DNA from: a virus
Taxonomy: Duplodnaviria; Caudoviricetes
Length of the DNA: 64,000 bases
IMG/VR virus record: IMGVR_UViG_2799113183_000001
Location: 3,426 to 67,425 of that record
Reading direction: 5' to 3' (one strand)
Below are positions 7,487-16,584 of the stretch, one piece after another. How positions within the stretch are numbered: the first letter of the stretch is position 1; every line of letters starts with the position of its first letter. Both the position numbers and the translations under genes were made by a program. The notes under the pieces are model-generated. The model did not search any database and was not told where the DNA came from. It was given only the letters and a program-made list of their open reading frames with translations.

Positions 7487-8760
7487 CCGACGAATACGGT
7501 TCACAACCGCCAAGCGACATTCAGGCCGAACAATCGGTACTCGGCGGAATGCTGCTCTCCATGAAGGTCATTCCCGATGTGGTTGACCGCATGTCGGCGG
7601 AAGACTTCTACCGACCGAACCATGCGACGGTCTTCCGAACCATCGTTGATGTGTGGATGCGCGGCGATGAAGTTGATGCGGTTACGGTGGCCGCTGAGTT
7701 GGACAAGCAAGGGTTACTGCGCCAGGTTGGTGGTGCACCGTATCTGCATACCTTGATTTCGACTGTGCCGACTGCGGCGAATGCTGGACACTACGCGAAC
7801 ATCGTTGTGTCCAAAGCGAAGCTGCGGAAGATGGGGGAGCTTGGAGTCCGGCTGCGACAGTTGGCGGCAGACGACCTTGATCAGGGCGACGTGGAGGCCG
7901 TGCTTGCGCAGGGCGAGAAGTGGTTTCGGGAACTGCACAAGTCAGATGAACGGGCAATCGGCTTCGATGATCTGGTAGAGAACTTTCGGGAATCGCTGAC
8001 TTCCGACTCGGTTCCATCCATCCCCACACCTTGGGATGCCCTGAACGACAGGCTTATTGGTGGGTTGCAGCGCGGAAGGCTATACACCGTAGGGGCAAGG
8101 CCCGGAGTCGGTAAGAGCGTCGCCCTGTTGAACATGGCGGCGTTTGCCGCGCACTGGGATTACAAGACGGCGGTCTTCTCACTCGAAATGAGTGCCGCTG
8201 AGGTCACCACACGGTTGATTGCGCAGGGTGCGCGGGTCAATCAAACCCGGCTCATCAAGAAGCAGATCGACTTGGAGATGTCCGACAGGATCGAGCGGTA
8301 CGCCAAGGAGAACGAGGGCGTGGCCTTGCAGGTAATCGACAGGGAGACAATCACAGTCGAGCAGATCATTGCCCACTGTCGCGCTGCCGGACCGTTCGAC
8401 GTAATCGTGGTGGACTACTTGCAGCTCATTGAGCCATCGGACCGCAGGGCGGTGCGTGAACAGCAGGTAGCACACCTGAGCCGGTCATTGAAGATCGCGG
8501 CACGTGAGTTGAACGCGGCGGTAATCGTTGCGGCACAATTGAATCGTGGCCCGTTGAAGGACGGAAAGCCTCGTGCGCCGGTTGTTTCTGACCTACGCGA
8601 GAGCGGAGCCGTTGAGCAGGATAGTGATTGCGTTCTGCTTCTGCACCAGGACGAAGACGAGCCCGGTTACGTGACCATGATCGTCGGCAAGAATAGGCAG
8701 GGCAAGACGGGGGATATGTTGCTCAAATTTGAAGGGCAGTACGCGCGGATTTCCGAATGA
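7483..8760 (+). CDS. dnaB: DnaB-like replicative helicase
   Basis: AEQSVLG N-domain, Walker A GARPGVGKS, VVDYLQL, QLNR, DLRESGAVEQDSD, KNRQG. Confidence 0.95.
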   Translation: MTDEYGSQPPSDIQAEQSVLGGMLLSMKVIPDVVDRMSAEDFYRPNHATVFRTIVDVWMRGDEVDAVTVAAELDKQGLLRQVGGAPYLHTLISTVPTAANAGHYANIVVSKAKLRKMGELGVRLRQLAADDLDQGDVEAVLAQGEKWFRELHKSDERAIGFDDLVENFRESLTSDSVPSIPTPWDALNDRLIGGLQRGRLYTVGARPGVGKSVALLNMAAFAAHWDYKTAVFSLEMSAAEVTTRLIAQGARVNQTRLIKKQIDLEMSDRIERYAKENEGVALQVIDRETITVEQIIAHCRAAGPFDVIVVDYLQLIEPSDRRAVREQQVAHLSRSLKIAARELNAAVIVAAQLNRGPLKDGKPRAPVVSDLRESGAVEQDSDCVLLLHQDEDEPGYVTMIVGKNRQGKTGDMLLKFEGQYARISE

Positions 8761-9017
8761 CACGCGAGATTCGCGCGTTGATGTCGGTCAGTCCCGAACA
8801 TTGGACGAAGCAAGCCATCTGCAAAGGCGATGCCCGATTTACGGGCCGTAGAGAGTGGCTGTCCGATTCCGATGATGTGGACATGGCGAGCATCTGTGAG
8901 CGCTGCCCCGTAATCGATCAATGCCGTGATTGGGCCGATGCGTCCGATGCGGTCTCAGTATTCGTAGCTGGTTCTTGGAGGTATTCGGACGATGAACGGA
9001 ATTTTCAATCCCCTTGA
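8757..9017 (+). CDS. WhiB-like protein (degenerate C-terminus)
   Basis: W..QAIC...CERCPVIDQC four-Cys spacing; lacks canonical GVWGG. Confidence 0.65.
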   Translation: MTREIRALMSVSPEHWTKQAICKGDARFTGRREWLSDSDDVDMASICERCPVIDQCRDWADASDAVSVFVAGSWRYSDDERNFQSP

Positions 9018-9192
9018 CGGGGACGACGTTCCAGTGGGTGAAATGCCCGACTTGCCGACGCTCACTGAGCGGTCCGTCGAGGCTGTGCGCGCCCTCGCTG
9101 AGGGCCTTGTGGAGACGGCGACCGCGTTCTTCTTGGCGCTCGCTGAGGGGATCGCGGAGGGCTACGACGCAGCGGCAGGTGATGAGCAATGA
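8992..9192 (+). CDS. hypothetical protein
   Basis: Operon context, ATGA coupling to next gene. Confidence 0.5.
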   Translation: MNGIFNPLDGDDVPVGEMPDLPTLTERSVEAVRALAEGLVETATAFFLALAEGIAEGYDAAAGDEQ

Positions 9193-10034
9193 CCATTTCC
9201 TTGAAGGCTCTGGTTGGTGATCACGGCACCGTGTACGAGGTCGCTGACGTGTTTCAGTTCCCTGGCGGCGAGCTGCATTTGCGTGATGTTGAGCGTTTCG
9301 TGGGCGAGCCGGTGCAGTTGATCGCGGACATTCGTGGCGCGGAGCCGGAGGACTTGATCACGGCGGCGCTGTACGCGGACGTGGCGCAGGCGTACTGGTG
9401 GCCTCTCGTTGTGATGCTGCCTTACCTTCCGGCTGCGCGAGCGGATCGCGGTATCCCGCTGGGGGTTGCGGCATACGCAAAGCTGCTGAACAGCCTGGAG
9501 CCTGAGCAGGTTATCTGTGTGGACCCGCATTCCGAGGTAGCCGAGCGATGCTACGACGAACTGACGGTCCTTGACCCTGTGCCGCTGATGCAGCGCGCCA
9601 TCATGAACACGAAATATGACGCGGTGATCGCGCCGGACAAGGGTGCTGTGGAGCGGGCGATGAAGGCGGCGAAGGCGCTCGGGGTTGACCTGTACCGCGC
9701 CGATAAGGTCCGCGACTTTGAGACTGGCCGGATCGTTGACATTCACATGTCGGAGAAGTTGCCGTCATCGGGCAAGTACCTGGTGGTGGATGACATTTGT
9801 GACGGCGGTGGAACTTTCGCGGGGCTCGCTGAGGCGACTGGTCTGAGCCGGGATCACCTCGGGATCTGGATTACCCATGGGGTCTTCTCTGGCAAGGCGT
9901 CAGATCTGCACGCGAATTACGAGCGGATCTACACGACGGATTCACATCCCGGCGCAAGCCGGGGCACGGTGCGTCCGTGGGCGACTGTGCCGGTTTACGG
10001 CTACATGTTCCACAACATGAAGGACTTCCGATGA
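9189..10034 (+). CDS. Prs-like pyrophosphokinase (candidate NARP1 Adps)
   Basis: FPGGE, PYLPAARADR, VDPHS, APDKGA, VDDICDGGGT, THGVFS. Confidence 0.9.
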   Translation: MTISLKALVGDHGTVYEVADVFQFPGGELHLRDVERFVGEPVQLIADIRGAEPEDLITAALYADVAQAYWWPLVVMLPYLPAARADRGIPLGVAAYAKLLNSLEPEQVICVDPHSEVAERCYDELTVLDPVPLMQRAIMNTKYDAVIAPDKGAVERAMKAAKALGVDLYRADKVRDFETGRIVDIHMSEKLPSSGKYLVVDDICDGGGTFAGLAEATGLSRDHLGIWITHGVFSGKASDLHANYERIYTTDSHPGASRGTVRPWATVPVYGYMFHNMKDFR

Positions 10035-10447
10035 GCGAACTTGAGTACTGGCAACTTGAACGGATTGTCAACGCGCACGAGCTCTTGCAGCGTTACGACA
10101 TGACGGAAGCTGTAGCCCGTCAGAAGCTCGAAGAGTACCGAACCATTGAACGTTGGTTGGGTGCTGAACGGCTCTGGAAACAGAACGTCAAGGTGTGGTT
10201 GAAAGCCGAAACGCTGCACGCGTTGAAGCTAGAACGGCTCGACGGCGAATGTTATGCGGCAGCTTGCCGGGGTTGGACGCTGATGAAACAGTACGTCCCA
10301 TCCTTGGATGGCGTACCCACGTTCGACGCCCTGCCGGATTCCCTACAGTTCCGGTACGCATCGTTCGCCGCTGGCGTGCTCGGGAAGCTGCCACCCCCGG
10401 AAGTCAAATCAGCCAAGCAGCAAGTACGCGAGGCGTCCTATGCCTGA
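10031..10447 (+). CDS. hypothetical protein
   Basis: ATGA coupling. Confidence 0.6.
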   Translation: MSELEYWQLERIVNAHELLQRYDMTEAVARQKLEEYRTIERWLGAERLWKQNVKVWLKAETLHALKLERLDGECYAAACRGWTLMKQYVPSLDGVPTFDALPDSLQFRYASFAAGVLGKLPPPEVKSAKQQVREASYA

Positions 10448-10553
10448 GGTGTTGTTTGCAGGCGTCGCCGTCCTGATCCTCGGTTCTGCGCTGCTCGGGT
10501 TCGTGTGTGGATGGATCGCGACAACGAAATGGATTGAACGAAATGATGATTGA
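10440..10553 (+). CDS. small membrane protein
   Basis: One TM segment; overlaps both neighbours. Confidence 0.5.
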   Translation: MPEVLFAGVAVLILGSALLGFVCGWIATTKWIERNDD

Positions 10554-12033
10554 CTACTCACCCGTCGCGCCCTTGTTTCACACGGACGCGTACAAGCTGG
10601 ACCACAAGCGCCAGTACGACCTTGCAGGGAAGGTCACTCGCGTGTACTCGAACTACACGAACCGAAAGAGCCGGATTCCTGGTGTCGATAAGGTAGTGCA
10701 TTTCGGGTTGCAGGCTTACATTCAGCGGTACTTGATGGACGAGTTCGAGCCGTTCTTTAGCTCAGGAAAAGGCCACGCTTGTCGCCTGTACGAGACGCGC
10801 GTAGCGCAGGTTCTAGGGCCGGACGCTGCGAAAGCTATCGGTAGTGAGCACATTCGCGCTCTGCACAGTAAAGGCTATCTGCCTCTGCGGTTCTGCGCGG
10901 TACCCGAGGGGACACTAGTGCCTATCGGTGTTCCGTCTTTCACCGTGGAGAACACGCACCCGGATTTCTACTGGCTGACCAACTTTGTCGAAACCGGCCT
11001 GTCGGCAGGCATTTGGCAGGCATCTACCTCGGCAACGATCGCACGCGAGTATCGCAAGGTGCTCGAAGCGGCGGCGGAACGGTCGGGCAGTGACTTGGCT
11101 GCGGTTGACTGGCAGTGCCATGACTTCTCGTACCGGGGCATGTCCTCGCACGAGTCGGCAGCGGCTTCCGGTGCTGCGCACCTGCTGTCGTTTTCGGGCA
11201 CGGACTCGCTGGTCTCGCTGGACTGGATTGACCGCTACTACGGCGGTGCCTATGTGGCGGGCAGTGTTCCGGCGACTGAGCATTCGGTCATGTGTACCGG
11301 CATTGAGTCAGTGGGTGAACGGGAGACATTCTCGCGTCTACTGGATCTGTATCCGACTGGTGTTGTGTCTGTCGTTTCGGACACGTTCGATCTGTGGCGT
11401 GTACTCACCGAGTATCTTCCGGCGTTGCGAGACAAGATCGTTGCGCGTGACGGCAAGTTGGTGATTCGCCCTGACTCGGGTGACCCGGAGATGATTCTGT
11501 GCGGCGACCCGGAAGCGATGTCAGGAACGCCGGAGTGGTGGGGTGTCCTGCACCAGTTGTACGACGTGTTCGGCGGTGAAGTCAACGAAGCCGGATTCAT
11601 TGAGTTGAATCCGAAGGTCGGTGCAATCTACGGGGATTCGATCACGCTGGATCGCGCCCGGTCGATCACCGAGCACATGGCGCGGCTGCGCTGGGCGTCA
11701 ACGAATGTCGTGTTCGGTGTCGGCAGCTTCACTTATCAGTACAACACTCGGGACACGTTCGGGTCTGCGATGAAGGCTACGTGGGCTGAGGTTGACGGTG
11801 AGGGCGTGAATCTGCTCAAGGACCCGGTTACTGATGACGGGACGAAGAAGTCGGCAACGGGGCGTCTGGCAGTGCTGCACAAGGCCAAGGCATTCGGTGG
11901 GCAGATGTTCCTTGTCGAGCGAGCGGAGCAGTTCGCCGAAATGAACAGTCTGCTACAGCCAGTGTGGGAAGACGGCGAATTCATTAAGCGCCAGACCTTC
12001 TCGGATGTCCGGAACGTACTAGCGGGGCAGTGA
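10543..12033 (+). CDS. nicotinamide phosphoribosyltransferase-like protein (candidate NARP1 Namat)
   Basis: TDAYKLDH, HDFSYRG, PATEHS, VSDTFD, IRPDSGDP, IYGDSIT, FGVGS, DGTKKSATG. Confidence 0.92.
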   Translation: MMIDYSPVAPLFHTDAYKLDHKRQYDLAGKVTRVYSNYTNRKSRIPGVDKVVHFGLQAYIQRYLMDEFEPFFSSGKGHACRLYETRVAQVLGPDAAKAIGSEHIRALHSKGYLPLRFCAVPEGTLVPIGVPSFTVENTHPDFYWLTNFVETGLSAGIWQASTSATIAREYRKVLEAAAERSGSDLAAVDWQCHDFSYRGMSSHESAAASGAAHLLSFSGTDSLVSLDWIDRYYGGAYVAGSVPATEHSVMCTGIESVGERETFSRLLDLYPTGVVSVVSDTFDLWRVLTEYLPALRDKIVARDGKLVIRPDSGDPEMILCGDPEAMSGTPEWWGVLHQLYDVFGGEVNEAGFIELNPKVGAIYGDSITLDRARSITEHMARLRWASTNVVFGVGSFTYQYNTRDTFGSAMKATWAEVDGEGVNLLKDPVTDDGTKKSATGRLAVLHKAKAFGGQMFLVERAEQFAEMNSLLQPVWEDGEFIKRQTFSDVRNVLAGQ

Positions 12034-12341
12034 TGAGTGCCGACAACTGGACGACCTGTAAGGGCTGCGACATCGCCGCCGAGGCAGAGAGTGATGTGAC
12101 ACGTGCAGAGCTTGCTGTGGCATACGGCAGGGTCTCCCGCGAGGAATACGAACGCCTTCGCGCTGTCGCCGATGAAGCGATGGCGAAGACCCTGACTGCC
12201 CGTGAGCGCACGTTCCGTGAGGACTACGAAATCTACGGGGCGGAAACAGGAACCGTCACTGTGAGCTACAGCGGCAAGTGCACCGAATGTGGCTACGGAA
12301 CCTCATTCGAATCAGAGCATCCAATATGGAAGGGGAAATGA
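12030..12341 (+). CDS. hypothetical Zn-binding protein
   Basis: Two CxxC motifs; coupled overlaps. Confidence 0.6.
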   Translation: MMSADNWTTCKGCDIAAEAESDVTRAELAVAYGRVSREEYERLRAVADEAMAKTLTARERTFREDYEIYGAETGTVTVSYSGKCTECGYGTSFESEHPIWKGK

Positions 12342-13258
12342 TGGCGCTGAAACTTACGGCTATGCGCGGATACCCCGGCAGCGGAAAAACGACCAAGGCC
12401 AAGGAGATAGCGGCCCAGTCCGGAGCTGTCCGGGTCTGCCGCGATGACCTGCGGAAGATGCTGCACGACAACTACCACACCGGCAAGGCGGAGTGTGAGG
12501 ACCAGGTTACGACCGCCGAGCGGGCGCAAGTTCACGCGCTACTCCAGTCTGGTACGTCGGTGGTTGTGGACGCCACGCATCTGGAGCCGCGTTGGCTGCG
12601 TAAGTGGGCGAAGATGGCTGCCCAGTACGGGGCCAAGTTCGAGGTAGTGGACATCACCACCAGCGCGCTCAAGTCTGCGGCCAATGATGTGTTGCGCAAA
12701 GCTCGGGGTGAGCGTCACGTAGGCGGCGAAGTGATTGAGCGGATGGCCAAGCGCCACCCGATTCAAAACTGGCCCAAGGTGACTCAGCTCGAAACGTTCA
12801 CGCCAGAGCCGGTCGAGTGGGTCGAGGACCTGCCTACGGCCATCATCGTGGACATCGACGGCACTGTCGCCCACATGGATGGGCGCTCACCGTATGACTA
12901 CACGCAGGTGCACACCGACACCGTAGACGAGCAGGTGCGCTGGTTGGTCAACTCGATGTTCCGCAAGGGCGTCATGGTGCTGTTCGTGTCCGGCCGCGAC
13001 GACATTTGCCGGGACGAAACGGTGAAATGGCTGGAGTACCACGGGATTCTGTTTGATGAGCTGCACATGCGGCCTACCGGGGCCAAGGATGCGAACGGCA
13101 ACAAGCTGCCTGATTATCGGGTGAAGTACGACTTGTTCAACGCGAACATCCGGGGCAAGTACAACGTGCGGTTCGTGCTGGATGACCGTGACCAGGTTGT
13201 GAACCTTTGGCGGGCATTGGGTTTGAAGTGCTTGCAGGTACAGCCGGGGGACTTCTGA
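12338..13258 (+). CDS. pnk: polynucleotide 5'-kinase/3'-phosphatase (T4 PNK-like)
   Basis: GYPGSGKT P-loop, RDDLR, HAD motif DIDGT, SGR, DDR. Confidence 0.92.
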   Translation: MMALKLTAMRGYPGSGKTTKAKEIAAQSGAVRVCRDDLRKMLHDNYHTGKAECEDQVTTAERAQVHALLQSGTSVVVDATHLEPRWLRKWAKMAAQYGAKFEVVDITTSALKSAANDVLRKARGERHVGGEVIERMAKRHPIQNWPKVTQLETFTPEPVEWVEDLPTAIIVDIDGTVAHMDGRSPYDYTQVHTDTVDEQVRWLVNSMFRKGVMVLFVSGRDDICRDETVKWLEYHGILFDELHMRPTGAKDANGNKLPDYRVKYDLFNANIRGKYNVRFVLDDRDQVVNLWRALGLKCLQVQPGDF

Positions 13259-13446
13259 TGACGATAAGTATCACGGGCGACGGCATGGCCATACCTCTGG
13301 AGGGCGACGCCGGTCTCACATATGACCGCAAGACCAAGACGTTGACCGTCCACGGTCTCGGCGCGTCAGATCGGGTGATCACACGTTCGGACAATCGCGA
13401 TGACTCGCAAACGGTAATCATTGAATTGGGAAAGCGGGGGTTCTGA
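13258..13446 (+). CDS. hypothetical protein
   Basis: TGATG coupling. Confidence 0.55.
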   Translation: MTISITGDGMAIPLEGDAGLTYDRKTKTLTVHGLGASDRVITRSDNRDDSQTVIIELGKRGF

Positions 13447-13652
13447 TGGGTGACTATACGCCGGAAGAGTTCTATTCCAGGGTGGAATGGGAGGGCGGTA
13501 TCTCTGAGGCCATTCTTGAATACGGGTTGACCGAAGACGACCTGGACGACTCAGACCCCGAGCTAAAAGCGGCGGTCAAGGAATTTCGGAAGGCTGCTAC
13601 TGGTCCGGAAGAGCGGTTGCGCAAGCTGTTGTACGGCAAGTACGGAGAATGA
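13446..13652 (+). CDS. hypothetical acidic protein
   Basis: TGATG coupling. Confidence 0.6.
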   Translation: MGDYTPEEFYSRVEWEGGISEAILEYGLTEDDLDDSDPELKAAVKEFRKAATGPEERLRKLLYGKYGE

Positions 13653-13850
13653 TTCGTGGCTAAACACGAGCGAGCGTGCACGGTCCCCCGCCATGATCGG
13701 GAAATTCGCATGACGGAGGTATTGCAAGCATTTCGGGGCAATAGTCCGGCCAGGATCGTGTACTTCAAGCAATCGCACGGCCAGTTCGTGCGGTACACAG
13801 ACGATGAGAATGGCGCGAATCTGACTCTGCTTTAAGTAAATCGGGGGAAA

Positions 13851-14255
13851 TTGGAGCACCAAATCACGGTGCCCCTAAAACGACCACCCATGCTGGCCAA
13901 CGACCAGCGCAGGTGGACATGGCCGCAAGTCCGGGCAGCGAAACACCAAGTAGGAATACTGGTCGCGACGCTGGCCCGGACTGCGCGCATTCGGGGGTTA
14001 GGACCGTCAATCGTATCCGTCAAATGGTTCGTACCAGACAAACGGAAACGAGACGTTGATTCACTCGGGCCATTCACAAAAGCCGCACTCGACGGAATGG
14101 TCGATGCCGGTGTCTGGCCTGGCGACGATGCGAACTGGGTGACCGAAGTTCGCATGTCAATAGATAACACGCAACCAAAGCAACCGCGTATTGAGATAAA
14201 GGTAGTTGAAAATGCAACGGAACTGGCGCGACGACGCGATATGCCAGCAGATTGA
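13851..14255 (+). CDS. rusA: RusA-like Holliday junction resolvase
   Basis: RKRDVDSL...KAALDGMVDAGVWPGDD. Confidence 0.8.
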   Translation: MEHQITVPLKRPPMLANDQRRWTWPQVRAAKHQVGILVATLARTARIRGLGPSIVSVKWFVPDKRKRDVDSLGPFTKAALDGMVDAGVWPGDDANWVTEVRMSIDNTQPKQPRIEIKVVENATELARRRDMPAD

Positions 14256-14451
14256 CCAAGACGTGTTCTTTCCCGAACGCGGCCAAGGTCTCAATGAGGC
14301 CAAACGAATCTGCGCACTCTGCGAAGTGAGACGGGAATGCCTAGACGAGGCCCTTGAGGACGAACGCGGCATTAAGCGCGATTACCGGTTCGGTGTACGC
14401 GGCGGGATGTCGCCCCATGCGCGGGCGCTGATGGATAAGGCGGCTGCATAG
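14212..14451 (+). CDS. WhiB family transcription factor
   Basis: W...AIC...FFP...AKRICALCEVRRECL...GVRGG. Confidence 0.88.
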   Translation: MQRNWRDDAICQQIDQDVFFPERGQGLNEAKRICALCEVRRECLDEALEDERGIKRDYRFGVRGGMSPHARALMDKAAA

Positions 14452-14952
14452 ATGGTCATGTTCGATGCGCGCGAGAGTTTCTTTTCCGGCCTGGACGTAC
14501 TCGGCACCTCGGTATCGGGCATCAACCTCGGGCACCGGAAACGGACACTCCTTGAACTGGACATTCCAGAACTACCCCTAGCCGTATGCAAGGGGTATGA
14601 GCCGCTGTCCGACTTCCATCCGAAAGCGGGTTCAAGCGGGGCCAAGGCCAAGCTGATCTGTGCGGGCTGCCCGGAAAAGCAAGCGTGCCTAGACTATGCG
14701 ATGAACTGGGAGCGCCGACACAACGAACGAATGTCCGGTGTGTGGGGAGGATTCACCGAGCTTGAGCGCGAGCAGTTGCGGGCCGATGAGCGCGGCGGAG
14801 TGAAGCTGTGCCGCAACGGTGCTCACGAGATGACCGGCAACAACGTAGTCAAGCTGGCCACTGGTGGTGTTCGGTGCCGAGGCTGTTTCAACGAGGCCAC
14901 GAACCGGTCGAAACGTGCTGCGCGGGAAGCGAAAAGGGTTGCGAATGGATGA
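14452..14952 (+). CDS. WhiB family protein with extra C-terminal Cys/His module
   Basis: AVC...AKLICAGCPEKQACL...GVWGG, then CRNGAH...RCRGC; start uncertain. Confidence 0.8.
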   Translation: MVMFDARESFFSGLDVLGTSVSGINLGHRKRTLLELDIPELPLAVCKGYEPLSDFHPKAGSSGAKAKLICAGCPEKQACLDYAMNWERRHNERMSGVWGGFTELEREQLRADERGGVKLCRNGAHEMTGNNVVKLATGGVRCRGCFNEATNRSKRAAREAKRVANG

Positions 14953-15094
14953 ATTCAGAGTCATTTGGACTGATGGCCAGGCCGGATATGCCGCGTATGT
15001 GATCGACCGCCCAAAGCTGTTTTGGACTGATCACGACCCGGTGAAGGCGCTGGCTGGACTGGTGGGGATGTTGGAGTTCACGAAGGAGACATGA
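14945..15094 (+). CDS. small hypothetical protein
   Basis: Overlap-coupled 49-aa ORF. Confidence 0.5.
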   Translation: MDEFRVIWTDGQAGYAAYVIDRPKLFWTDHDPVKALAGLVGMLEFTKET

Positions 15095-15699
15095 CAGAGC
15101 ACTCTTGCCTGTCCCGTAAGCAGTGTGTATCGCGAACGAGTACCGGACCCGCCATCACGGCGAAGCCGGACACGTTGTGCACCGGCTGTATTCGGGACAT
15201 TCAGCGGTGCCTAGACGAGCTGCCAACCTATCGGGACGCGCTGCGCGTGTTCCTCGGGTCGTCGCCCAAGACTGCCTTGCAGTCGAAAGTGAGTATGACG
15301 GCTGAGCCGTCCACGCCGTACAACGTCAAGGTTGCGGATCTGATCGATTCGATTGATGAGGTTGTGTCGGTGGCCGGGGGCTACGGCGCGTTGGTCCGTG
15401 ACTTGGTGCAGCGTCCTGCTGACAAGTTCTTGGATGCCGCTTTCAAGGTGGTCTATTTGACGGGCGTGCAGCGGGCATTGGACATCCGGAGGGTTCATTC
15501 GAACGCGGATGGCGTTGTCGGTTTAGGCAAGGTCTGGGAGAGGCGGAAAGCGCCTTGCCCGGAATGCGATCTACCAACGTTGGGGACGTGGGTTGGGTCG
15601 GGAACGATTTATTGCACCAATTCTGAGTGTGCAACAACTTTGACGCAATCTGATTACGAGGGGTATTGCGTCATGAAAGCGGAAAGTGAGAAGAAGTAA
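15091..15699 (+). CDS. Zn-binding hypothetical protein
   Basis: Several CxxC motifs; RBS AAGGAG. Confidence 0.7.
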   Translation: MTEHSCLSRKQCVSRTSTGPAITAKPDTLCTGCIRDIQRCLDELPTYRDALRVFLGSSPKTALQSKVSMTAEPSTPYNVKVADLIDSIDEVVSVAGGYGALVRDLVQRPADKFLDAAFKVVYLTGVQRALDIRRVHSNADGVVGLGKVWERRKAPCPECDLPTLGTWVGSGTIYCTNSECATTLTQSDYEGYCVMKAESEKK

Positions 15700-16088
15700 T
15701 GCCTGACGCAACCATTTACCAGATCGGTAATTTGACTGCTGATCCGGAGCTGCGCCAGACACCTAACGGTGTATCGGTCGCACAGTTCTCTGTGGCTTCT
15801 ACGCCACGTATCTATGACAAGCAGGCGCAGGAGTGGAAGGACGGCGACACGACGTTCTTGCGGGCGCAGGTGTGGCGTGAGCTGGCCGAGGGTGCGGCGA
15901 ACGAGCTGCGCAAGGGCGACCAGGTGATCGTGGTCGGGAAGTTGAAGCAGCGCCAGTACGAGAAGGACGGCGTTCAGCGGACTGCGTACGAGGTCGAGGC
16001 GGATTTCGTGGGTAAGTCGGTACGTGCCCGTAAGCCACGCCAGGACGACGGTTGGGGTTCCGGCGCGTCGGATGCCGCGCCGTTCTAA
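15699..16088 (+). CDS. ssb: single-stranded DNA-binding protein
   Basis: GNLTADPELRQTPNG..VAQFSVA; acidic tail ending APF. Confidence 0.95.
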   Translation: MPDATIYQIGNLTADPELRQTPNGVSVAQFSVASTPRIYDKQAQEWKDGDTTFLRAQVWRELAEGAANELRKGDQVIVVGKLKQRQYEKDGVQRTAYEVEADFVGKSVRARKPRQDDGWGSGASDAAPF

Positions 16089-16246
16089 TGGCGCGGATTG
16101 TTGGGCATTTCAGCCTGGACAACGTTAAGCCGGAGTACATCGACCAGTTGCGTCGATATGAGTCCGAGGGCGACATGACGGCCATGCGTGAGTTCTTGGA
16201 CAATTTCTGTCACCGGGACTACTCGCTGACTGTGGAGTGGGACTGA
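16088..16246 (+). CDS. small hypothetical protein
   Basis: TAATG coupling. Confidence 0.5.
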   Translation: MARIVGHFSLDNVKPEYIDQLRRYESEGDMTAMREFLDNFCHRDYSLTVEWD

Positions 16247-16584
16247 TGAAAGAGCTACGAGTCTATGGATGCTCGGACGATCTGGTTGAGTTCGAGGGCG
16301 CGTTCGATGAAGAATATGGCGCCTATGGGGTCCGTGCACAGTTCTTGGTCATCGCGCGATCGGATTACTTGAACGCGCGCCAGCTTTGGATTACCGCCGA
16401 GTACGGAGAACGAGAGTGGGAGCTTTGCGCATCCGCATTCTCGGGGGAATGCGATCTGAAATGGAACATTCGACTTGATCGGCGTACTGGAACAGGCCGG
16501 GACACCGACCCATGCCTGTTCATTGAAATAGATGACGACGAAACTGTCACGGTAATGCGATTGGACAAAGATGGCGAGTATTGA
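16246..16584 (+). CDS. hypothetical protein
   Basis: TGATG coupling; YGCSDDLVEFEG motif seen in actinophages. Confidence 0.65.
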   Translation: MKELRVYGCSDDLVEFEGAFDEEYGAYGVRAQFLVIARSDYLNARQLWITAEYGEREWELCASAFSGECDLKWNIRLDRRTGTGRDTDPCLFIEIDDDETVTVMRLDKDGEY

